Source: Octopus vulgaris (lineage: Eukaryota). Taken from it: a stretch of 64,000 nucleotides of DNA. Location of the stretch: the NCBI GenBank assembly GCA_951406725.2, contig OX597816.1:88288001-88352000 (forward strand), in the 5' to 3' direction. Position 1 is the stretch's first letter. Every line of letters starts with the position of its first letter. The translations under genes and the position numbers were made by a program. Positions 53,926 through 64,000 of this stretch are shown piece after piece. The notes beneath the pieces are model-generated. The model ran no database searches. It saw nothing but the letters and a program-made list of their open reading frames with translations, and was not told the origin of the DNA.

Positions 53926-54822
53926 ATGTGGAGAATATAGAAAGAATTTACAAATGTAGATTTACAAATGCACACTTTAAATGCCACTATATAATCCTGT
54001 GGTATTCTTAGAAGAGTTTCCGTTGGAGTTTTCCCAATTTAAGACAGAATGTTACGCAAAGTTATTGCTCTTCGAGGCCATCAATTGTTCAATTTCGTTA
54101 AATCACAAGTGCAGTACATACATGATCACTCTAACACGTGGAGATCAACAACTAAGAGCCATGCTTTTATATGGATATTATTAGCTAAACGTCAAGACCA
54201 TCCATAAGCTATACACTCGTTACGATCTTACTGAGCTCTCTTGTTAGTGCAGTGTTCTATATGTAATGATGTACATATATATGTATAAGATTAAGATATT
54301 AATTTATTACGAGGAAGAGTGGAGAATATTGTCACCTTTTCCCAGCACTAAATTACAACTTCTGAAAATGTGGTTGATCTACGACGATGTCCATAGGAAA
54401 GACGTGAAAAGAGACGGTGATGCATTCAGTTGTAAAGTGGGGGGATTGGGGGAAGTATATAATGCTGGGATTTGGAAAAGATGTACGTTAGAGGTATTGG
54501 TAATGATAATGATGATGATTCAAGAACAAGCCAGTGCATAAGGTTGTCTTCGATGTGGGGTAATCAAATTGCTGGTCAATGGCACAGTTATCGCACGAGT
54601 TGTAGATAACAGAGTTTAGAAATAAATAATATATTGATATTTTCACAAAGTTTGAAATCGTTGCGATACGGGTACCTTTGGCTTTTAAGTTTACGATTCT
54701 TTTCCTCATTGGTACGGGGTTTTAGAATTTCTGTTCATTCTTCCGAATTCCTCAATGTTTATTGGTTTGTGGTTTTGAGTCGTTTTTGACAGCTATTTTA
54801 GCAAACTGGTGCTTCCTGTAGC

Positions 54823-54940
54823 ACCCTTCATTATTTGCACTTTTGTTCGTTTATCAAACTCGTTAAGACAAAATCAAAATTGATGATTTTGATTTTACCT
54901 TGAGTCCGATAAACGAACGAAAGCGCTAATAATGAAGGGT
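54823..54940. repeat. 118-bp imperfect palindrome (hairpin MITE-like)
   Basis: ACCCTTCATTATT...GTTCGTTTATC...AAAATCAAAAT-TGATG-ATTTTGATTTT...GATAAACGAAC...AATAATGAAGGGT. Confidence 0.75.
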
Positions 54941-56226
54941 TCAAAATTTTTACTGCCTCCTTTTTCTCAGTAGACTATATCTGTACACTACTTCAAACAC
55001 TCTATACAAATACGAGACCCCGAGTTTACGAGTTACATTTTATAATAAATATTAATGGTTACACAGCCATTTTGAGTGTGTGGCAACGTCAGAACATGTG
55101 GCAACACTGGTTCTGACGCGTCTACACAACGACGGAATAAAATGACAGTATAAAACTTCATCCTACAATTCGAAATTATTGCTCTGCTTTACGAGTTTTA
55201 CCTCTATGAGCTCTCTTCGGAAGCAAATTACGTTGTATATCGAAGCATTACTCTGTATATATATTGACATATATGAATATGTATGTTTGTGTATAAGGAA
55301 AAGAAAATAATGTGTGGAAAGACAATAAGGAAAAAGTAAGAAAAGGAAGAGAGAACAATAACAGCAATCGTATGTTTTTAGTAGAACACGTTTTTCATTC
55401 CGCCATGATGTTTTAATCCACATTTTGTTAATGTGACAAATCAATTATATTTCTCTAAGCAAAATATACTTGTTAAGTTAATACGCGTTGCCTACGCTTG
55501 GACGTTTATGCAAATAAAGTTCGCTGAATCTTTCCCTATTTGCGTGTGTACAACGAATAGCTGAGAGCTACCGTCATCAGTATAATAAGAGACATGAGTA
55601 ACCAATCTCTAGTGAATCTAGTAAGAGCTACCTCCTTTTGTTAATTCAGAAGATTCTGCTCATTATAAGTGTAAACTATATACATCGGGCAATAACATTC
55701 GAGATTTCAATAAATTCCGGTTATAATAATACACATTTAATGAATAGAAAATATTTTAATAATTGTAACATAGCGCGGTTGTGCTGTTTCTTTTATGCTA
55801 GTTTGTACACATCTTTATATATAATACTATGGAATTTGAAAATATACGTTCGCATTAAGTTCTTTGTTAAATATATTCTCCAAGTACCTACGAGATATGT
55901 ATCCATGTTACAAATAGTGAATAACACCTGCAATAATAAATTCTTAATATATTACGGATTTCACTACAAAGGACGTGGTGTATAGTAACAAGTCGCGACT
56001 CAGATATTAATTCCATAATTGCACCTGCTAATTTTGGTTGAATATTAACTTTACAAGTGTATTTTTAGTCAGCGAAATATAATTGATTTGTTACATTGAC
56101 AAAATTCGGGGCCCCTTCTCTATGGTATATAGGTATATTGAATATGTAAACCTATATTTAAGAGATGTGGAATTATGTACATTATTTACAATTGACGGGT
56201 GTTTGTCCTCATCGTGTTTGTTGTTA

Positions 56227-56270
56227 ACACAACGTTTCGGCTGATATACCCTCCAGCCTTCATCAGGTGT
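56227..56270 (-). ncRNA. Minimal type I hammerhead motif
   Basis: ACAC-CTGATGA-A-GGCTG GAGGGTATAT CAGCC-GAAAC-GTT-GTGT. Perfect stems I and II; palindromic AACGTT stem III. Confidence 0.85.
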
Positions 56271-56335
56271 CTTGGGAAAATTTCGAACCTGAGTTCTCAT
56301 TCCTAAGGTATTTTTCGATGTTGTTGTTGTTGTTG

Positions 56336-56376
<41 letters not shown>

Positions 56377-56484
56377 ATTATTATTATTTTATTATTATTA
56401 TTATATTATTATTATATTATTATTATTATATTATTATTATTATTATTATTATTATTGTTATTATTATTATTATCATTATTATTA

Positions 56485-56516
<32 letters not shown>

Positions 56517-56564
56517 GTTGTTGTTGTTATTGTTATTATTATTATTATTATATTATTATCCTTA

Positions 56565-56611
<47 letters not shown>

Positions 56612-56627
56612 GTTGTTGTTGTTGTTG

Positions 56628-56678
<51 letters not shown>

Positions 56679-56689
56679 TCAATACCTGG

Positions 56690-58640
56690 TTTTCATATAA
56701 TATTTTTTCTTTAATTTTCGCATTTTTGTAAGTTTGGTAGTCTTTGCAAACTTAAAGTTTTTCAAACATTCTATGTCAGACCGAAATAGCTTAATTTGGT
56801 GTTGAATCCGTTCTTGCCAAGAAGGCTTTTTTTGTGAGAATGTTGCAGTTTTCTAATCTTTTCACCACATAGAATCGTTTAGATTTTTGCCGATGCATAG
56901 TACTGGTGGTTGAGATCTGCGATATCAACATCATTAGCTGAAATTATATCCTTAAGTGCAAGGCGGATTTTATCAATTATTTTCAAGTTTTGGTTAGAAT
57001 TTCGAATTTTAGAGAGAGTATCGCGTTCATCCATACTGGCTTCTTTAACTTTCAGCCATTCAATCAAGATTTGATTTTTTTTTAAGATCATGTAGTTCTG
57101 TTGGGTCAATATTTGTATGACTGTCTCCATGTATTTGATTTTCATCTGCCAAAGTACTTATGGTTGGTTCAGTGAGAATTTCATTTTATCTATTTCAATC
57201 ATTACTTCGTTTTCATCAGCCCTAGGCTGGTCTGTAATTATTTCCTCTGAAGTATCTTCTTTAGCTGCAGTTTCCTTCTTTTTATCCCTTACTGCTTGTT
57301 TAATTTAGTCAATCTCTACTTCAGTCAGTATTTTTTTTCATAATGTTTCTTTTGACGTTGGCAAGTTTGTTACTGTCTATGTAGGGTTTTACTTCAGGGT
57401 GTTTCTGTCTCCAGTTTAAGTAGGTTTGTACACTATTAGATTTATCTGTGGGGAAATATATGGCATGGTAGAAGGCCATAAGAACTTCTTTATTATCTTC
57501 CCTAGACCTTTTTCATTCTTTTACTTTTGGTTATTTGATGTCGAGCATGGATGGCCATCTGTTGGGATATTGAGGTTTGGAGTAGTTCCAGCTCCTGTGT
57601 GTCGGGAAGATTTGAAGCAGTAGCTGATTTTTCTACCCGAATCTGGTTCAACATTTGAGTACGTGGTCTTTTGTAATTCGGTCGATGGCCATTCCGGTTT
57701 GTATTTTGCATTGTTAACAGTGAAGCATGACGAGCTTCGACGTTGACATTGGGGGATGGATCTGTCTGTTTAGGGTTATTTTTTGAGACAACACTGTATC
57801 CGTGTTCTCTGCATATAAGCATTGCTCGTAACGTAATTTCTTAAGTCTAACAGATCTATATCGTGTGTGTGGCCCTTTGTAATCTGATCGACGACTAACC
57901 TGGTTTGTATTTTGCTTTGAAATCACTGAGGTATGACGAGCTTCGACGTTGACATTAAGGGGCAGATTTGTCTGTTTAGGGTCAATTTTTTGAGACAACA
58001 CCGTCACCAAGTTCTCTGCATGTAAACATTGCTCGTAACATTGCTTCTTAAGGCTAGCAGATCTGTATTCGTCTGCATTTTTTCATTGATAGATTTATCT
58101 TCGAACATAATTTCTTTTTTGTGTGGTGTTTTTAAACCGATGAATGCTTCAGTCTGTCTGTGTTAGTTCGAAAACTGAAAAAAAAGAAAAAAGTATTGTT
58201 CTTGCTTTTGCTTATGTCCTGTAAATTTCATGTAGTTGTGTAAACATTGAGATGTATGTGTTCTCCTATGTGAATCAAAATGTATATATGATTGTGTAGA
58301 CATTCGAGTGTATAAGTAATTACTCAATTTATGTACTTACTTCTTCGTTCCATTTCTATTTTAGAATTTGCAAACTTTCCAGTGTTGATATCTCGTGTGT
58401 GTTTCGCACATGTTTCATTGAGACACCGTGCGTAGGAGAAACTGTGCTTTGTATGGCAGTAATATTTCTTTTTTCTTTTTGTATTTTCGTTAAAAAGCCG
58501 CTTCCTTCAAGTCTTCCCCAGGTTCCTTTATCCAATTGGATTTGTTTTTGAATTTTACTACATCCATGTTGTTGTTCTTCTTCTTAGTTGTATTTATTGC
58601 CTTAGCACGCTGGAGATGTACTGCAGTGTCTATTGTTATA
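56690..58640 (-). mobile_element. R4/Dong-like LINE N-terminal (5') fragment
   Basis: WRQKHPEVKPYIDSNKLANVKRNIMKK..LTEVEI (Myb-like), DIADLNHQYYASA and PSWQERIQHQIKLFRSDI, as in the R4/Dong N-terminus; contains two ~207-bp tandem copies (~57660-58072). Confidence 0.72.
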
Positions 58641-58672
58641 ATAATAATAATAATTATTATTATTATTATTGT

Positions 58673-58734
58673 TGCCTGGAATCGAACTCGGCATCTTGGG
58701 GTTAGTAGCCCACGCTCTTAACCACTACGTGGGC
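58673..58734 (-). other. tRNA-derived Pol III head (not a functional tRNA)
   Basis: Minus strand CGTAGTGGTTAAGAGCGTGGGCTACTAACCCCAAGATGCCGAGTTCGATTCCAGGCA: A-box remnant, anticodon-like arm (CT-ACT-AA) and B-box GAGTTCGATTCC; acceptor stem imperfect. Confidence 0.8.
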
Positions 58735-58736
58735 AA

Positions 58737-58922
58737 TTATGGAGTGAATTTTAGGGCTTGTAAATCTAATATTCTCCTATTCTTCCTTAATACTGGTTCC
58801 CATATGCTGTTCGTATCTACACACGGTCTGCTTAAGAGGTTGTGTCCTAGCATATGTGCTGCTTATTTTAGTTTTCATATTTTCCAGTGGTGTTCTCCGT
58901 CTATTATTTTAACTTCATCCCA
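58737..58922 (-). pseudogene. PLE (Penelope/Poseidon-type) GIY-YIG C-terminus remnant
   Basis: WDEVKIIDGEHHWKI*KLK*AAHMLGHNLLSRPCVDTNSIWEPVL (cf. W...KILD.E..W..R..KEA.HI...LNR.......W.P). Confidence 0.75.
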
Positions 58923-59048
58923 CATGTTTGCATACATGATCAGTTATATTCTCGATTTCTTTACCCTCGTGTAATTCTTTTAATGCTAATTTTACATATC
59001 TATTAATCTGACTATCTATCTGCCATTCTATTTGTCCGTCTGTCTGAC

Positions 59049-59096
<48 letters not shown>

Positions 59097-59179
59097 TATA
59101 TATCGACAAAACAAACACAAGCAATATATATATATATATATATATATAAAACACTTGTGTTTGTTTTTGTCGACTACAC

Positions 59180-59950
59180 ACCATAGTAGGGTCAGTTGGG
59201 CACCGTCTGTGACAAAAACAGCACCATGACGTATTTCACTCCGCCAGAAATTTGAGACTTGCTGTACTGCTGAGCATTCGCGCCGGTAGCTCCAATACGA
59301 ACATTTCAGAGATTTTATGTGTCAATTTGAGGACAGTGCAACATGAGGACATATACCGAGAGTGATAAAAATCAAACATCCATTCAGCGTCATGATGTTT
59401 GGAGTGATCACTAGTTACATTGCGACTTTATGCCTTCAACCATCTTCCCACATGGCCGGAGACTCAACTCAGAGGCCTACATCAAGTGCCTAGAGGAAAA
59501 AGGGCTGCTCAGGATCAAGAGGGTGGCTGCTGGACGACCCTATGTCTGGCAACAAGACTCTGCCTCATGATACACAAACAGGAGAACACAGTCATGGCTG
59601 TCAGACAATTTCTGTGACCACATCACCCCTAAAATCTGGCCACCTAACACACCACAGTGCAACTCCCTTCATTATTATGTGTGGGGCGCAGGTGAGCAAG
59701 AGACCAAGAAAACTCCTTGTAACACCAAAGATGAACTGAAAGCAAGGATTATGACATCATTCACCAACTTAGACAAGGAGGCCGTCCAGAAGTGTGCAGG
59801 AGATTCCGAAGTCGTCTAGAGGCCATGGTTGAAGCCAATGGCGATTTTATTGAATAAATTTACTCCTTCGTATTTCAAGATAGTTTTATGTAATTTTGTC
59901 AGTGTTATTTTCATTTTTGTGTAATTTAGACAGTTTATTCACCACGCAGG
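59180..59950 (+). mobile_element. DD37D (maT) transposon, internally deleted and decayed
   Basis: VMMFGVITS, IFPHG.RLN.EAYIKCLE, GRPYVWQQDSA...TQSWLSDNFCDHITPKIWPPNTP..N.L.YYVWGA, EANGDFIE; related to 9713-10973. Confidence 0.85.
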
Positions 59951-60242
59951 CAGTTTTTACACACTAGAAGAAGTAGTCAAAACGAACAAAACAACATTTA
60001 AGAGTAATCATCAAAAGGAGTGAAAATAAAAACTTTTACCTTGTCACTTTATTCCGGCCAGGCCTAGGTTTCTAAATCTTTTTAGCAAATAAAATAATTT
60101 GCTAGGCGAAATTTTTCATCAGCGACCACGCCATAACACTAACATATAATTAAGAGACGATTAACACGTGTCTCTTCGTTATACATTATAATTTTTCAAA
60201 TTCACGGCGCAATCTCAGTATCAGTAAATGAATGGCTGCCGA

Positions 60243-60404
60243 ACGACGGACTTCTTTTCTATTTCCATCTACCAAATCCACATACAAGAGTTTGGCTGTC
60301 TCGAGGCTACAGTAGAAGATATTTTCCCAAAGTGCCACATATTGAGACTGAACCAGGAACCATGTGGTTGGGGAACAAGTTTCTTACCACACAGCCATGC
60401 CAGT
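60243..60404 (-). mobile_element. SINE family A 5' half
   Basis: TCTACCAAATCCAC...GAGGCTACAGTAGAAGA...GACTGAACCAGGAACCATGTGG...CTTACCACACAGCCATGCC. Confidence 0.8.
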
Positions 60405-60414
60405 ATATATATAT

Positions 60415-60615
60415 TAAGTTAATCCAAACAAGAAAACAAAAAGACAACAACGCGAGGATGTGGAACAAATAAAGTATTATTGGGCGCTCGGGAAAGAAGG
60501 GAAGAAGGAGGGTATGACGTTTCGAGCGGAGCTCTTCGTCGGAAACATAGGAGAAAGATAGATCCCGAGGTGGGAGGACAGAGGGAAAAAAATGCAAGTG
60601 GTCTTCACGAGGTCA
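60415..60615 (-). mobile_element. Short PLE pLTR-like element in (TA)n carrying a hammerhead
   Basis: Flanked by TA repeats; architecture parallels 8046-8245; HHR at 60512-60546. Confidence 0.65.
60512..60546 (-). ncRNA. Minimal type I hammerhead motif, variant core CCGACGA
   Basis: GTTT-CCGACGA-A-GAGC TCC GCTC-GAAAC-GTC-ATAC; one mismatch in stem I; GUC triplet. Confidence 0.62.
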
Positions 60616-60670
60616 TATATATATATATATTCACACTGGCATGGCTGTGTGGTAAGAAACTTATTCCCCA

Positions 60671-60815
60671 GTTTTTTTCTGTGTCCCTTTCTGTAGAAGA
60701 GCGTAGGCTCGAAACGTAAAAGACTTTTTCTATTCCTGAGCGTTATACTAATACATCTGTTTGTTTTGTACACCACCTGTCTTCGTCTTTTGTTTTTTTT
60801 CGTAAACTCTCCCTA
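60671..60815 (+). mobile_element. Short PLE pLTR-like element (family of 8046-8245)
   Basis: Homologous to the reverse complement of 8046-8200; ends in (TA)n. Confidence 0.7.
60687..60722 (+). ncRNA. Minimal type I hammerhead motif, variant core CUGUAGA
   Basis: CTTT-CTGTAGA-A-GAGC GTAG GCTC-GAAAC-GTA-AAAG. Confidence 0.68.
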
Positions 60816-61089
60816 TATATATATACATATATACACATACACACATACTTTCATTCATACTCACACACACACAGGGGCACATACATATTCGTTTTAGTTC
60901 GCTCTATGTGTGATTAAATTAGAAAGATTGAATTATACTTCATCTTTTTGATTACTTTAATTGATTTATCAGCTTTAAACAAATATACATACGCACTTTA
61001 TAAGGTGTTTACTCTTTAGAGTAAAGGAATTCATTTAAGCATACGTGCATACACAAGCAAGCGTACTCTCTTTCTCTCTCTCTCTCCCC

Positions 61090-61158
<69 letters not shown>

Positions 61159-62885
61159 GTATATATACACTCTGTGGTTGATGCTAGAAGCTCCAACTTT
61201 GTACTTGTGTGATATCAGATCATCTGCATTATACCAGGGTACCCATAATCACAGCCATTGTTCTTCAGCAAAGTGAACGAAGATAGAGGCAATGTCTGGA
61301 GCTGAATTCATATGGATTGCTTCCTATTGATTTTTTTCAAGTGTATAGAGTCAATCGAACAGATTGTTGTATTGTTTGTCAATGGTCTCACCTCAGTAAA
61401 TATAAATCTTATCTATAAACCGATTCGGAAAACATAGAACGGATTATCCATAATCCAGTCTGACGTGGTGTATTTGAAAGAATACTTTGTAAACACTAAA
61501 CAGGAAGAGAAGTTTACATTGATAGAATGAAATTATTAAAATGAATGGAAGTAAACAATAGATTTATGTATACCTTCATTTTTATTTTGCATATTTTCCG
61601 TTAGAATCATGAATCTATAGTGTATCAACTATTACCATAAAAGGAATTGATGCTACATTGAAGCCAAAACAATGTGTGAAAATAATATTCATTCATATAA
61701 GCTTTCAACTAGTTTTTACTCCAATACCAACAGAGAACATCTGCAGTACAGCATTGCACAACTTGATACTTTTATATTGATAACGGGTAAATCTGCATTC
61801 GGTCAATACCACCTAACGGCCGAATCAACAAAGCAGTTTTTATGTGGTCGCTTGACCCGAGAGAAATAGTAACAACGTCTCATTCAAATAATACCGTTTA
61901 AAAAGAAAGAAACCATAGGATAATGTATATAGTTGTTTTTGTTTTCAACAACGTTTATTTACTACTATATCGCCACTGCATTGGGATAAATAGATCCACC
62001 ACATCACTTTGAGATCCTGTTTGATTTTTATCACAAAGAGGACACCAGTTGACCAGACCGTGGAGAAAACTTAAGTAATTAAATATAGTGACTTTGCTCA
62101 ACCGATTTTCATCAATAATGCTATTTTGGTGATTTATTGAATTGACTATATTGATTATGCACGAAACAGCGCCAATTGTTCACTATATCTAAAACATAGT
62201 GCGAAGTGCATTTTTCTTTCGCAACAAACTAGACTGTAACCTCATTGTGGCAGATGCAAACAGATTTTCTTTTCCCTTGTGTCAAACGAAATATAAGACT
62301 GGTCAAATTGATTCATTTTTCTGTTCACATAGAGGAAAGTGAAGACATTTCTTTATGATTGTTACAATCTGGCGACAACTAAAGTGTATTACAAAAGGAA
62401 AAAAGTTTATTATGCATTACACTACAGATATAATAATAGATGACTTCATCCTAAATATATTAAGTCAGGTTATGACGTCTTAAATGCTTTTGATCATACA
62501 TCTGTTGCAAGTGAGTTGAGAGTAGTTTCAAAACAAAGATGCTAACAGTGACACGGACTACCTATCTAACCCAAGCATAAGAGCGCAACGCAGGCAGAAA
62601 GATATGAATCATTGAATGTACAATAATCTAGTTATTCTTTTACTGTTGGCTCTAAACTAACGAAAGATTCGTGGATCCATCTTTCTAGATTAATGAGCTT
62701 TATCAGTATAAGCCGGCAATTGAGCCAGACTGTATTATTTAACTTATTCGAGCATAGGTAGAGATTTTTGATAAACTAGTAGCACGATTAGAAAATAGTT
62801 TGTATCTACAAATTTACATTAGTCACATCGTTTATGATGTACAAGCACGCATATGCATTAACAGATCTTTACGTACAGTACTCTA

Positions 62886-62923
<38 letters not shown>

Positions 62924-63276
62924 TACATATGCACATACGCATAGATAGATGCACACACATATACATATATGATATGTACATGTGTGTGTGTGTACACATA
63001 TACAAATAAAATTATACATTTACACCTATACACACACATAAACAAGCCACTCATAGAATCCTGGATAAAAAATTAATATACGCGTATGCGAACGCGTATA
63101 TAGCCGCACGTACGCTGATTTATTAGTAAGCAATCTGGTACACATCGAGCCAGATATACATACGAGTTAAAATAAGCATATTTAGCAAAAATAACACATG
63201 CACACAGCAGTACATACATATGAGCACATAAGCACATCTCATGAATACACACACAAACACAGGCATACATATGAAC

Positions 63277-63315
<39 letters not shown>

Positions 63316-63318
63316 GTA

Positions 63319-63357
<39 letters not shown>

Positions 63358-64000
63358 AAAATGTTATTTTCGCTTAATATTCATATTTCATACGGGAGGT
63401 TATTTAAGAATAAATGAAATTAAAATATTGATTACTGATACAAAATTCTCAAAAGAAACAGAGATAAACTAATTAGTTTCTAATTATCTTATTTTCCATT
63501 AACAAGTTTATATTATTACCTTAATTCAGTTTTCTGCATTAATGACGAACGATATATTTATCATGAAATTATATATATATTTTTGTCATATATATTTATG
63601 AATTTATTTTTCTTAATATGATATTTCGAAATACATTTAATATGTTTTCATATGTTTGAAAAATTATATTTTAATAAAGAGAAATTGTTGGTAAACAAGT
63701 GTACGAGATGTAGGCGCGTTGTTTGGCAATGTCCATCAAAGATTTACATCATTTTAAACTACATCTTGATACACGAACTAAGTAATGTGTACACAAACAA
63801 ACACACACATACACACATGTATATATACACACACATATATATACACAAAAATGCACATATATGTATACATACATATATACACGTTTATAGGCATACTCAG
63901 AAACACGACATAAGATATTGTAAAAGAACAACAATTAACTAGGTATACATACATGCCTATAAATATACAAGAGTGCGCGCGCGTGTGTGTATGTGTGCGT

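Larger units (their letters stand above)
56153..58930 (-). mobile_element. Composite PLE 3' end: GIY-YIG C-terminus, tRNA-like sequence, (TAA)n, hammerhead, tail; interrupted by an R4/Dong 5' fragment
   Basis: In minus-strand order: GIY-YIG remnant 58922-58737; tRNA-like 58734-58673; insertion; TGACCTG continuation at 56681-56675; (TAA)n 56674-56320; HHR 56270-56227. Confidence 0.78.

Noticed and set aside
58673-58734. Possible genuine tRNA gene (anticodon ACT)
   Set aside because: The acceptor stem is incomplete, an ACT anticodon is atypical, and the sequence is repeated inside a mobile element (also 46940-47048). The same applies to the SINE heads at 12533 and 21743.

Overview
AT-rich, microsatellite-saturated eukaryotic non-coding DNA. 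The repeat families resemble those I associate with Octopus/cephalopod genomes (inference, not verified). I find no supportable host gene: nearly all ORFs in the track are translations of (TA)n/(CA)n/(TACA)n or trinucleotide repeats. The window is a mosaic of decayed mobile elements: tRNA-derived SINEs, CR1-like, L1/Tx1-like, RTE and R4/Dong LINE fragments, Tc1/mariner-superfamily transposons (DD37D, Tc1, DUF4817-type), a non-autonomous Helitron, and many Penelope-like element (PLE) pieces. The most notable signal is a set of type I hammerhead ribozyme (HHR) motifs: nine that fold well by eye plus several degenerate ones, from about seven sequence families. They lie in short PLE pseudo-LTR-like units, mostly inserted in (TA)n. 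These include inverted HHR pairs, a 631-bp near-perfect palindrome with two HHRs, repeated non-canonical cores (A6U, U4C), and a composite PLE 3' end (GIY-YIG C-terminus, tRNA-like Pol III head, (TAA)n, HHR). The composite occurs twice (the GIY-YIG part is retained in one copy), and both copies are interrupted by R4/Dong LINE sequence.
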